Shown piece by piece: positions 50,845-64,000 of a stretch of 64,000 bases of DNA. Where the stretch lies: the NCBI RefSeq assembly GCF_009914755.1, contig NC_060931.1, one strand, 5' to 3'. The notes beneath the pieces are model-generated. The model did not search any database. It had not been told where the DNA came from and saw only the letters and a program-made list of their open reading frames with translations. How positions within the stretch are numbered: the stretch's first letter is position 1; every line of letters begins with the position of its first letter. This DNA comes from the human T2T-CHM13v2.0 reference genome, Homo sapiens. The position numbers and the translations under genes were made by a program.

Positions 50845-51085
50845 ATACTTACATGGCACTTGGTATTTGCCTGGCATATTCTAATCACTTACATGTATAA
50901 ACTCTCTAATCCTTCAAACAACCCTGTGAAGAAGGCACTATTATCTTACAGATGAAGAAACTGAGGCACAGAGAGAATAGGGAAATTATCCCAGACCCCA
51001 CAGCAAACAAGAAGCAGAACCAGGATTTGCACCCAGGTAGTCTGGCTCTCACATGTGTACTTGTAACCACACTCTACTGCCTCTC
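50845..51085 (-). mobile_element. MIR, near full length
   Basis: AACAACCCTGTGAAG...TTACAGATGAAGAAACTGAGGCACAGAGAG...GGATTTGCACCCAGG. Confidence 0.88.
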
Positions 51086-51404
51086 TCTTAGAGAACATAC
51101 TAGAAGAATAAGAAAGTTTAAATTAATTAGAAAAATAATGTTAAATGTCACTTTTCTGAATATCCAACATCAGTTATGTCTGGCAAGCACATTGTTAAAA
51201 GTGGATTCCTGCCCTTGCTTCATATTAATCTATTGAACACTGGCTGCATGCCAAGCTCTGTGCTAAGTGATGAAAAGGATACAAGGATGACAGTAATATG
51301 AGAGAACATTTATTGTGCTTTTATGAAATAGGCACTGTGGCGGGTGCTGAAAGGGCTATAAAGGCAATGATAATGATGGGTGATGATGGTGATGGCAATG
51401 TCAT

Positions 51405-51570
51405 CATTATTTGAATGCTTAATATGTGCCACACATTGTGCTGAGCAACATTGTGTTTCAACTTTGCTATGTCTTGTGAGACAAATATTTGTCCTTCTGT
51501 ACCCATTTGGCAGTTGAGGAAACTGAGGCGTGGGGAGGTGTCAGAAGCCACACAGCATGTCAAGGAGTTC
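51405..51570 (-). mobile_element. MIR fragment preceded by a (GAT)n tract
   Basis: CCCATTTGGCAGTTGAGGAAACTGAGGC. Confidence 0.7.
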
Positions 51571-52583
51571 ACAGTGGAAGCTGCTTCATCTATACTGTCT
51601 GCAAGGCAGCAGAGTTAGGCCCTTTGGGGTTTCTCCCTGTTGCCTGCAGGCACAGCTAAGCAGTTCCATGGATGTTCTAGCTCAGTTCTGTATATTTACT
51701 TTTTGGCCTCAAGGAGAGCTTTGGTGTTGTCAATCCAACACCCCTTTTGAATACAGATATAATGAGGGGAAGCCCAGTAAATCAAAAGTAAAAAGATTTT
51801 TCTAAACTTTTTTTAAGAAACATGAATCATTAGCATTCAGAAGGCGGCTACCCACCATAGACATCCTTGCTATTCATTCAGATTAACACATGGTGCCAAT
51901 GAGACCAGAAACTCATTAGGTACTCAGTAAGGAGCTTAAAACCGAGGTGAGGACCTCTTCTTTCAATGTATACCCCACTTTGTTACTAGAACCTCCCATG
52001 GGAAAATCTGCAGTATGGATAAAACTTTGAATTTAGAATTATCACAATTAACTTTGAAATTAAACGTCACTATCAAATAGCTGGATGCACTTTTCAACAA
52101 ATATGGTAGAACTTGTATTTCTCATTTGAATGTTTTTATCTTTAATGATGTTACCATTGAAGATTATTCTCTTATTCAACTGTGTTACCACTTAAAAATA
52201 TTGATAGCTCTAATTTTAGAGTTGTTTTCTGGTTTAATCTAGGAAATGTGCAGAAAAAGCAACCTAGTGTGTGTGCATGTGTGCACATGTATGTGCCTGG
52301 GCCTGTGCATGTGTGTGTGTGGCTGTTACTGTGGAGTCCATATTTCTGGTTCTATTCAATCAGCCACCTTACTGAGTATGCTTAGTTGCCCATGACTTTG
52401 TGCTCTTTCTAAAAGTAAAATCCACCTGCTACAAATATTGTAACCGCAAAGGAGAGCCAAAATAACATGCTATGAGCTCTGCAGGGCAATTCTAAAAGAA
52501 TAGTTCCCCAAATAGCTTGAGCAACAACGTCACTGGAATATGCAAGGTGAGTCCTTGGAAAATAAACTTGCTTATTTGTGTAA

Positions 52584-52847
<264 letters not shown>

Positions 52848-53207
52848 TATTTGTGTAATTTTTTAAAGGGGATTTTTATCCCACTATTTCAAAAAGATTT
52901 GAAGCAGTCACTGACAGTTTAAATCAGTCACATTAGTTTATCCTAGCATTTCATATGACAAAATCTCTAGGAAATGCTTATTTTTGTTCAGATGAGAAGA
53001 AAAAAGACAAAGCCTTACGGTGAAGGGTGTGAACGGAGATATTTGGAGAAAAGAGATCATAAAAAACTTCATTTAAATATGAATTTGATACAATAAAAAG
53101 ACATCACAAACAAATGGGATAAGGGGAAATTATTTTAAATCCTTGCCTTACATTATAGAACAAAACAAAACAGAGACAAGTGAAGGAGCTCAGTGTGAAA
53201 AATTACA

Positions 53208-54190
<983 letters not shown>

Positions 54191-54249
54191 AAGTACTAAT
54201 ACCTTGACTACCTTCTATCGATCTCTGGTTCCCAAACTTACATTTAATG

Positions 54250-55170
54250 TGAAAAATAACAAAGGGATGATAGATAGCGATTTTACACATTGTAACACAA
54301 AATAAAATAAAACACAAAGAATAAATTGACAATAACACTTGCCATACGTAAGGCAAAAAGTTAATTTACTTAGTTTGTAAAGACTTCATAGAAATCTATA
54401 ATAAAAACATAGTAAGATCTCAATATGTAAATAACAAAGGGCATGAACAAACTAGCTCACCACCCCTTTGAAAAATGACGAATAAACAAAGGAAAATATA
54501 TTCAACCCTAAGAATAATCAGAAAATGTAAATTTAAAGAGCTATAATTGTCACCAATTAAAATAGGAAATATATTTTAAGAACATTATTTCATACTCATC
54601 TGGGCATGGTGGGACAAATCTCCTTGTATGCTGTTGGATTAAATATAAAGGAGGACATCATTTTAGAAATAAAATTTGGCCATTTGTCCCAGATACCTGA
54701 AAAATATCTACCACCTTTGGCTAAATAATTCCACTAGCTTAAGAAAATAATTTAGGATGTGGAAAAAACAGTGTACAGAGATGTTCAATTGAGGAGTATT
54801 TATAATAATAAATAATAGGGAACTACATGTCTCATTATCAGAGAACGTTTAAGTAAACTCTTCAACATTCATACCAAAGAATACCATTAAAAATGTCTGT
54901 GAAGAGTTGATAATAATATGGGAAAATACTTGAGTTATCATATTCAGTAAAGAAAAAAAATCACCAGAGTACAAATTGTTAAGTGAAAAAAAAAAAAATC
55001 ACATTAGGATACAGGATCATTTCAATTAATAAAAAATATGTAGAAAAAATGCTAGAAGGAACTAGACTAAAGTATTAACTGTCACCACCTCTGGGTAGGT
55101 GAGATTTTCAAATATTCATTATAATAATATTTGTACAGTCATAACACATAATTTAATGCTCTTTTTAAAA
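54250..55170 (+). mobile_element. Degraded L1ME 3' fragments
   Basis: A-rich; AAAGGGCATGAACA, AATAATTCCACT, GATGTTCAATTG...TATTTATAATA. Confidence 0.55.
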
Positions 55171-56755
55171 TGGAACTCTTCAAAGCAAAAGACCAAAGGT
55201 GGGTATTCCAGAATAGCTCATTGCCTGTGTCTCTAAGGTCATCATAACCTTACCTATCAAAAATCTGCCCTGGGTGAAGTGTCACAATGATTTGGTATGA
55301 TACATTAAAATTTAACACATGGAACAGAATGCTGTACTCTGTACTGTTCATATACTTTTTAAAACAACTAACTGCTAGATTGGCAGCAGTAAGTTATTTT
55401 GCAAGACAAAGTTAGCAAGGCATCCACCAACTGGGGCCGTCCAGTATTATCCATGGCCTATATTTGTTGCATTTGATCATAGCCCAACAGAGCAATTGCT
55501 ACCATATATCAAAAGCAACCCTGCAATTAAGTCAATTCAGGCCCAAAGTCAGTCAACGCAATGAGACAAATAAGGTTCATTAAAAAAACAGTCAGTTGGC
55601 ATCATATGAAGCAAAACTGATTGACTGAACTTCTGAGTTTTCAACTGATTTGCATAGTGCTCTGAACACTGTAACTGGCAGCCATTTTGCTTAAAGTACA
55701 GACTGTTTCCTGTTACACTATTTCACCAGAGCCAATAATAACTTTTTAAAAATCTTCTATAATTATCAAGGTACCAATGTTTATATTCCAACTGACAACC
55801 ACCCAAGGTGCAGCCTAAATGAACTGCAGGAATTGGAAGGAAATGGCCTCCTGCCTTAGACCCAGCAGAAATCCTTAAGAAAATAGGCCTTTCGGATTTG
55901 ACTTCTAGAAAAATAGCAAAGGGGCAGATTCTGACAAACGCTATCCTGCTGAAATCAGCTACAATTCCCAGAACTACTTCCCATTACATATTCACAAATG
56001 GCTATTACAGCCCTTAGTGGCTACAAAAGTTTCCTTGGAACCCTGGAGACTGTTACGTTGCTACAGTTGTTTTTCTTCTTTTTTGTCCTTTCTGCCCAGA
56101 GATACTTATTAGACTAGGAACATCTGTACCATTAGACTCTCTAAAGGAAGTGGGGCAGCCACCAGCCCAATGTGGCCATCAAATACTGCCCTGGAGGTCA
56201 GAAATCCTAGGGTCTGGTCTTAGCAATTTCATTTACAGTAAAACTTTGGTTAAGTCAATCCTTTTGTCTCCTGGGCACTGCATAAAAAATGAAAAGTTTG
56301 AATAGTTTAATATTCAGTAGTTTGGCAAACCAGATCATCTGAAATTCTTCCATAAAATACAAAACAAAATAATAATTGATTGAAATGTATAGTTAACATC
56401 ACAAGAAAGTAAAGTAAATCCTCAAAGCACAAAAAAAAATGAAGTAAAAGCATGAATTCAGTATTTTTTTAAAATGTTAAAGGCAAGGTAGCCCTGGGAA
56501 CACTTGAGTGTATTCACTCAGCAGGAAGACAAAAGATGAGGCCTTGGGCCCTTGAGGGTAGAAAATCAAAAGGCAGACACTCCCTTTCTTCACCCCAACT
56601 TCATAAGTTAAGTTAGATCTTCCAAAAAACTACCTACAGCTTCAGGGAAAAGGTAAATAACAGCAAAAATGAGAACAAAACTGTCACATGGGGCAGTGGC
56701 TTTGGGTAAAAGGGGAAGTAGTCCCCTGGAGAATTAGGAACTTCAAGCCAATACA

Positions 56756-57640
56756 CATGCATTCATTCATCAAGTATTTACTGAACACCTATTAGTGCCT
56801 GTCTGTGAGCTAGACATTGGACATAGAGCAGTGAACACAGCAAGTAAGCCCTGCCTTGAAAGAGCTTATATTCCAACAGTGGAAGACAGACAAGAAGCAA
56901 ACAAAAAGGATACATCAGGCAATGATGCATGCTAAGAAGAAACATTAATAAGGGTAAGCCTATTAATAAGTGACTGGCTGGGCAGGTGTAAAATTTTACA
57001 CGGTTTGGTGAAGGAAGGAATGCTGGATAATAATGTAACATCTGAGTAAGACTTGAAGGAAGTGAGAAAGTGATCCATGCAGGTGTTGAGGGGACGTCAA
57101 GTACAAACACCCCTACACCAGGCCTGCCTGAGGAATAGAGAGGTAGCTGGAGCAGAGTGAACCAAAGAAGAGGGAGAAGAGAGGGTCACAGAGACAGCAG
57201 AGGCCCAGGCCACAGAGGACCCAGTGGGCCATGCAGTGACCTGGAATTTATTCTAAGGAGACGAAAAGACCTTGCAGGATGAGTTAACGTGTAGAAGGCT
57301 CACTCTGAGTGCTGTGTGGAAAACCGACTGCAGGGGAGCAGGAGAGGAAACAGAACAGCAGTTATGGACAATAGGCCAAGCAAGAGGCAATGATTTATGA
57401 CTGACACAACTTGATGTCATGGAGATGACAACCTGGCCTAACTGGAAGGGCCAAAAGGACATCCTGACTGATTGGAAGTGGGTTTCAAGAGAAGGAGAGG
57501 ATCAAAGGTGACTTCAGGATCATGGCCTGGCTAACTGGAATACAGCTGGTTTCTCTGAGATGGGAAAGGGTGGAAAAGAATAGGTAGATGAATTGGTGGA
57601 GGTCCCTAGTTTAGGCGTGGACATATTCACTTTGACAGCA
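56756..57640 (-). mobile_element. L2a, about 0.9 kb of the 3' portion
   Basis: CATTCATTCATCAAGTATTTACTGAACACCTA; GACTTGAAGGAAGTGAG; TCACTCTGAGTGCTGTGTGGA. Confidence 0.85.
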
Positions 57641-57664
57641 TCATGGAGCTACAGTTGGAGATAC

Positions 57665-58780
57665 AATTATTAAAAGAAAATCTAAAGCCTTAAAAGGCTC
57701 ATGTTAGCATAGAAGAAAGACTGAAAAACAGATGAACTAAACATCCAACCTAAGAGATTAGAGGTAGATATGGAAATTAATGTAAGCAAGTAGAAGGCAG
57801 GAAATGTTTACAAAAGGAATGAAGTGAGTAATAAATGTACCTTTGAGAGGCTCGATCCAACTAATGTTCAATCTTTGAAAAGAAACTGGTAAAATTAGCA
57901 AACCTCCAGCAAGACTGCCAAGGTAATGAGGAAAGGTACGAGTAGAGAAATAGTAGAAATCAAAGAACACAACAAATGATTTGAAAGAAAGCCATGCATG
58001 TTACTGCAAATCTGGCTCTAAGGGAGGCAAATTCTGACACTTTCAGGTTTGTATGCTGAACTGGGGAACAGTGGCAACACTGATCTCAGCCAGTCCTACA
58101 AAGGAGCTTCTGTAGGGATGGGCTGGCCTGACAGAATTGTCCAGAATTGAGGCAAGAACTGGGTCTTTAAACTCATGCACTGGCCAGACATAGGATGGAA
58201 TCTGCCCTGAGAAGTGAGCCTGAACTTAGCACGGCAGCCAAGGGCAATCCTGAGAGAGCTGTCAGCCACCAGTACTCCCGGAATCAGAAGGAATGGGTGC
58301 TTCTGTCCTGGGGGTGCTGAGAGAGTGTCTAGGGAGCACAACCCATTATCAATTACGAGTGTTATGCCAATACGCTTTGATAAAATAGACAAGTTCCCCA
58401 AAAGTATAACTTTCCAAAACTGATTTGAGGACAGAAAACTTGACTGTTCTCATTACCTTAAAATGAATTCGATCAATGGTTGTAGATTTTGTCTTCTCAC
58501 AAAGAAAGCATCAGTAAGCTCTTACAAACATTCATGCATCATACAAGCTCTTAAGAGAAGAAAAAGGACAAGAAGAGGGAGAGGAAGATGAGGGAGAGAA
58601 AGAGAAAGGAGGAAAGATGGAACGGTCCAACTAACGTCATAAACCTAATGTACCAAACGGAGACAAGAGAAATTATATAATAATTTCACTCATGAACACA
58701 AATGCAATAATTCTAAATACAATATTAGCAAATGAAATCTACCAATATTTAAAAAATAAAGCACGCACCTATAGTCCCAG
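57665..58780 (+). mobile_element. Old L1M ORF2 fragments interrupted by LTR16
   Basis: AGAAGAAAG...ATGAACTAAACATCCAACCTAAGA; ATAAAATAGACAAGTTCC; CTCATGAACACAAATGCAATAATTCTAAATACAATATTAGCAAA. Confidence 0.65.
58000..58345 (-). mobile_element. LTR16-family LTR
   Basis: AGGGCAATCCTGAGAGAGCTGTCAGCCACCAGTACTCCC...GGAATGGGTGCTTCTGTCCTG is the reverse complement of the LTR16 5' motif. Confidence 0.65.
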
Positions 58781-58920
58781 CTACTTGGGAGGCTGAGGCA
58801 GGAGAATCACTTAAACTCGGGAGGGGGAGGTTGCAGTGAGCCACGGCACTCCAGCCTGGTGACAGAGCGAGAGTCCGTCTCAAAAAATATATATGAAAAA
58901 TAAATAAAATAAAATAAAAT
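58781..58920 (+). mobile_element. AluS right arm only
   Basis: GCACCTATAGTCCCAGCTACTTGGGAGGCTGAGGCAGGAGAATC...CCTGGTGACAGAGCGAGA + A-rich tail. Confidence 0.9.
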
Positions 58921-58989
58921 ACATATGACTAAGGTGAGTTTAATGCTAGAAAATCTTTTAATGTAATTTACCTCAATTAAAGGTGTAAA

Positions 58990-60260
58990 TAGGCCTTTCA
59001 CCACAAAGAAATCTTAAATGGTGAACATATATAAGGTGTTCAAGCTCATTAACAAATCAGGGAAATATCAGTCTGAACCTACTGAATTGACCCCAAAACT
59101 TTTTTGATCTGACAGTATGAAGGGTAAGCAAGACTGCGGTGTAACAGAAAACCTTATACACTGCTTGTGGGAATATAAATGGACACAATCACTTTGGTAA
59201 ACAACTCATCATTATCCAGGGCACTGAAGGTGCATATACCCTACAACCCTGGCCCTCCACTCATAGGTTTATACCCTGGAGAAACTCTTTTCTGAGGGCA
59301 CTAAAGGACAAATACAGGAGTATACAAAGAGACAAAGTTTGTAAGAGCAAGAACTCTATCCAAATGTCCAACAACTACAACAACAAAAATAAAGCGTGGT
59401 ACACTCATCAAAGGAGATCACATTTAACTGAAAAATGAATAAACTAGAGCTACTTGTATCAACATGAATGAACCTCACATCATGTTGCATTTTTTTCAGA
59501 AGAATACATACAGAATGATACAATTTACAGTAATCTTCTATTATCCACAGGTAATAGGTTCCCCCCAGTAGATGTCTGAAGAGTGGGTATTACTAAACCC
59601 TATATATACTATAGCTTTTTGACCTGATCACCAAGAGGACTACCAAGTGACTCATGGCCAGGTGATGTATACAGTGTGGATATGCCGTACAAAGGATGAT
59701 TTACATCCTGAGCCAGACAGAGTAGGCCCACACAAGATTTCATCACACTGCTCAGAACAGTGCACAATTAAAAACTTATGAATTGTTTATTTTTTTAAAT
59801 TTCTATTTAATATTTTTAGACCACAGTTTACTGCCAGTCGTTGAAACTCCTGAAAACAAACCATGGATGGGGGAAAAGACTGTATAAACTTCAAAAACTT
59901 ATAAATCTAAATGGTCATATTGTTTAAGATTATAAGTAGTGTGTCCAATGGGCTTAACAGGCCTGACACAGGTTGGGCATCTATATCTGTAGTAAAACCT
60001 TACAAAAAAAAATGATAAAAATAAAATTCAGCCAAAGATTTACCTTGAGGTAATGGAGATAATTACCTTGAGGATTTACCCTTGAGGGCAGAGGGCATGA
60101 GGGACTAGATTGGGGAACTGACCCACTAGCATCTTCAACAGTGCCAGGTGTGTAGCACTTCTTAAACTGGTTGTGGATATGTGGGCATGCATTCTTTATA
60201 ATACAGACATATATGTTTACGTTATTTTTTGTGAATATTGTATTTGAAAGTTTTAAAAAT
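58990..60260 (+). mobile_element. L1ME 3' region interrupted by MER44
   Basis: ATACACTGCTTGTGGGAATATAAATGG...CACTTTGG; AAATGAATAAACTAGAGCTAC. Confidence 0.7.
59528..59882 (-). mobile_element. MER44A (TcMar-Tigger) MITE, complete
   Basis: TA|CAGT...TTATCCAC and GGATGGGGGAAAAGACTG|TA termini; GATTTCATCACACTGCTCAGAAC...AAAACTTATGAATTGTTTATTT. Confidence 0.85.
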
Positions 60261-60294
60261 ACAGTGGGTTGACCAAATAACTAAAACCCTTCTT

Positions 60295-60452
60295 ATTGCT
60301 TGAAATTCAACCTGTGTGACTTCTCACTGCTCTCACCTGCCTATTGGAAAATAATAATGTTCTCACAGGATTTTGTAAAGATGAAATTAATTAGGGCACA
60401 TAAACTGCTTGCATTGTACCAGACATATATGAAGTGCTCAATGAATGGAACT
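60295..60452 (+). mobile_element. MIR fragment
   Basis: ATAATAATGTTCTCACAGGATTTTGTAAAGATGAAAT...GTGCTCAATGAATG. Confidence 0.65.
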
Positions 60453-62347
60453 AATAGAACAACTATTCTCCTCCTTGTTACCACCAGGACTACCACAAGT
60501 GCATCATTAATCTTACGACTGAGGCAAGGAATTATTAAAATCCCTAACAAAGAAAGAAGTTGTCAAAGAATATCTTGTATCATTGGACCTTGGACTGTTG
60601 GACTCCCAGGTTTCAACATTATTCAGATGCTTGCAGCAAAGTGAGTACATCTTTTTCGCTCCACCCTGCAGCTGGCTTGGTTCTGACTGGAACCGTGGGC
60701 TGAGTCCAAAGGCTTGTTTTCGTTAGAGTCATGATGGCTAATGCTGAGAACACAGCCCCATGGTTTTACCTCAACAGCCACGTTTTTCTCAAGGAACGTG
60801 AAGAAAGCTGTTTCCTGCTGCTTAAAGAATGTGATTACCTCATTCAAAACTGACTGTCCAACCTGCCTCAGGCCTTCTAAGCCCGTCAGACAGACACATT
60901 TCTCACCATGACTTGGGTCTTCCTCATTTGCTCATGACCTGCATTTTTCCCAATCTGGTCTACAACAGACATGGAACCCTTGGCTCTATGATTCTCAGCG
61001 TCTCTCTGCCATCAGGCATTTTGGACTTGACCCTGCTTTAGTCTCCCTGTCACTGACATTGCAATTATTCCTATCAAACGATAGCTGGTCTCATCCTATG
61101 GTTCTCTGTCTTTTGGGGTGCAATGAATGGGAAAATGTTTCCTGGTTCCAGGCTCAATCCTAGTGGCTTTAAGATGTTTTTGGCTACAAGTAACAGAAAC
61201 TTGAACTCAAATTGACCTACATAATACAAAGACAGTATTGGCGCAGTAACGAAAAACTACAGTGATAGAGGAAGCTTTGGTGACCCAGTGACAACACCAA
61301 AGATACAGCTTCTCCTCCTCTTCTCTTCTATGGTGCCTGCTTCACCCTAAGGCTCACTCTCTTCATGTTTGCAAAATGGCTGGAAGCAGCTTTAGGGACT
61401 GCTTGTTTCCTCAATTATGTCCAGCAGGAAGTGGGAAAAAAAAATCTCTCTCCCAATAGCTCTCTCAGAAGTGAAACATCTTTTTTTCCAAAAGTCTCTG
61501 GAAAGAGTTTCTCTTGATTCATTGGTCTGAATTGGGTTGTGTGTTCTAAACCAAGCGCTGTGGCCTGGCGATGAAGTATGTTGATTGAAGATCAGCTAAT
61601 CAGAACCTAGGACTATGCTTATGGAGTGAGGTCTCCTCCCAGAGCATGTAGGCTGGTAGAAGAGGCGTGATACCTGTGCTCTGTTTGACCTTCACCTTTG
61701 CTCCACTCTCTGCCCTAAGAAGCTAACTCTTCAGAATGCATCACTCCAGCTTTTTGATTTCTGACTTATAGCTGAATTTGATCTTGGGAACACCAACAGA
61801 AGATCAGAGGGTGGAGAGAAAACTGGATCAGGACAACTATTTCCCCAGCTGGCTCCTTGCCTTGCTGTGGTTCTGACAGTGGCTGTGTTCCTCTAGAAGG
61901 GCAACTCCACTTGGGCCACCCTTCCAGCTCCAGCTCTTGCCAGGCTCTGGTAACATTATTCCCTCCCTTATCCCATCTGGCCCAGAGGTGGTAACAGCTC
62001 CCTCCTCTTGCCAGTCCCTAGCTGCTCCAGCATTCCTTGCTGGTCCTTGCTATGGTCTGAATGTTTGCGTCTCTCCAAAATTCATATATTGAAATCTTCA
62101 CCTCCAAGGCGATGGTATTAGGAGAGGGAGCCTTTGGGAGATGATTAGATCATGGGTAGAACCTTCATCAGTGGGATTGGTGTCCTTATAAAAGAGACTC
62201 TAGAGAGACCCCTCACCCCTTCTGCCATGTAAGGTTAGAGTGAGAAGATGGCTGTCTATGAGAAGTAGATCCTCGCCAGACACCAAATCTGCTTGTGCCT
62301 TGATTTTGAACTTCCAAGCCTCTAGAACTGTGAGAAATAAATTTCTG

Positions 62348-62466
62348 GGCTGGATGTGATGGCTCACGCTTCTAATCCCAGTGCTTTGGGAGGCTGAGGT
62401 GGGAAGATCATTTGAGGCCATGAGTTTGAGACCAGCCTTGGCAACATAGAGAAACCCTATACCTAA

Positions 62467-62509
<43 letters not shown>

Positions 62510-62668
62510 AAGGTTAGCCAGCTGTAGTGGCATACACTTGTAGTCCCAGCTACTTGGGAGGCTAAGGTGGGAGGATCGCTTGAGCCCTGGAGGCAGAGGT
62601 TGCAGCCAGCTGAGATCATACCACTGACTCCAGCCTGGGCAACAGAGTGAGACTCTGTCTCTAAGGAA
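62348..62668 (+). mobile_element. AluJ with (TAAA)11 in the linker
   Basis: Alu dimer with GGAGGATCGCTTGAGCCC; AAATAAATT(T/C)C on both flanks. Confidence 0.92.
62467..62510. repeat. (TAAA)11 perfect microsatellite
   Basis: read directly from sequence. Confidence 0.95.
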
Positions 62669-64000
62669 AAATAAATTCCATTGTTTACAGGCTACCCAGT
62701 TTATGGTATTTTGTGATAGCAGCCTGAACAAATGGACAGTCTTCATTCTACCCATATCTCTGTAATGAGCCCCTTCATTAAACTATGTGATTTGCCGTCT
62801 GTTTCCTTCCTAAACCTTGACTAGTACAATACCTGAATGAAAACTGAGAAATTACTACCCAGAAGAAAGGAGAACGGACACTAGGTAGCCAAAAAAACAG
62901 CAAATGTGTACCATGATCCACTACGGATTACATAGGTAAGCAATATTAAAGCACACACATGTACAATAGCAGCCTCGTCTCTTGTTAGAGAAATGCTCTC
63001 ATAACTCCCTGACAGCAAAGAACTGCCAGTTGCTTCATGAGCTCAACCTCAGGTAGAAAAATACTCAGCCCTTCAGCTCTGCCGTTCCTGCCAGCAAATG
63101 CGGCCTGACTGCTCATAGGACATTTCAGTAATCAACTGGAAAATGAAAAATAGAAAAACACAGGGGGAAGAATGAGAAGAAAGAGAATCCCAGAATCTAA
63201 CAGAACCTAAATGAGTTATTTCACCAAAAAAAACAAAACAAAACCCAAAATCAAAAAGCAAACTTCGCAAGCTCCCATTCATTGCACCCCAAAAGACAGA
63301 GAACCTGGTAATTTGACCAGACTTCTGTAACAGCCACAGGACACCTTCCCCCAACTTACTATTTCAAGCCCTTCCACCCCCTCCACATAATGACTCATTG
63401 TAACCCCAGGGAGAGAGGATTTTCCTGCTCACAAAAGCACAAAGACAGGTTAGGCCAAACCAGTTTTAAGGAGAGGAGATCTATGTAGGAAAGGGGACCC
63501 AAATTGTGGATATTTGGGCCTGCCACATAGGAGAACTTCTATTGGGCAGGAAAGATTGCAAAGTATACCTATACAATTAGGAAGCGTATATTGGAAGATG
63601 TGAAAGGATAGACAGATTTAGGACTGTGCTATTCCAAAAAGCTACCCACCACTACTCATTCAGGAAAGAATGAGTCCTTGAACTGGTATAACTGGTTGTC
63701 AACTGAGATGAATTAAAGAACAAAACTGCTGGGCTTTGTCATGATGAACATGTGTGTATACGTATGTGTGTAAGATCATCCACCACCGATCACGTTCTCC
63801 TTTGTCCTCTCAACTCCTTTGCAGGTTCACAACAGTGTTATGGCGGGAGCAGGGAGGCACCTACATCCATTGGACCCATCCTGACAGCTGGGAAGGATGT
63901 GTCCAGCCACCCAGGGATGTGCATCTGGCACCCACCTCACAACAGCTGTTCTAACCACGTAAGAAGCACAAGGGTCACCGGTTACTCTCCATGAGAACAA

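Larger units (their letters stand above)
62048..62738 (+). mobile_element. MLT1A0 solo LTR, interrupted
   Basis: TGCTATGGTCTGAATGTTTG...GATGGTATTAGGAG...AGAACTGTGAGAAATAAATT; TSD GTCCT/GTCTT. Confidence 0.88.
61675..62828 (+). mobile_element. LTR33 (ERVL) solo LTR, interrupted
   Basis: CAGAAGATCAGAGGGTGGAGAG, GGTGGTAACAGCT, CCCTTCATTAAAC...TGACTAGTACA; perfect TSD ATACC at 61670-61674 and 62829-62833. Confidence 0.8.
61165..62912 (-). mobile_element. MLT1K/L-like old MaLR LTR, interrupted at 61675-62833
   Basis: TTGGCTACAAGTAACAGAAAC; CAAAATGGCTG; CATTGGTCTGAATTGGGT; resumes TACCCAGAAGAAAGGAGAACGGA...CAGCAAATG. Confidence 0.7.

Noticed and set aside
62931-62942. Strong donor-like AG|GTAAGC
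   Set aside because: Isolated motif with no matching acceptor or ORF

Overview
This is eukaryotic, primate non-coding DNA. AluY/AluS/AluJ point to a catarrhine, probably human or ape, but I cannot identify the locus. I see no supportable protein-coding exon, RNA gene, CpG island or CRISPR array. The ORF track consists of short chance ORFs and Alu/L1-derived frames. Roughly half the window is recognisable transposon fossils: about 19 Alus or Alu fragments, many MIR/L2 pieces, a 1.45-kb L1MA ORF2 fragment, older L1MB/ME 3' ends, about 16 solo LTRs (MaLR, LTR16, LTR33, LTR47, MER34-like) and hAT/Tigger MITEs. Subfamily names come from remembered consensus motifs, so they need RepeatMasker/Dfam confirmation; boundaries without a TSD are approximate. 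I did not find a convincing novel biological system. The most notable things are a four-level nested TE with readable TSDs, an AluJ with a fold-back scar and a displaced 3' end, templated-insertion patches in L1s, and several repeat-free blocks with motif clusters that are candidate enhancers.
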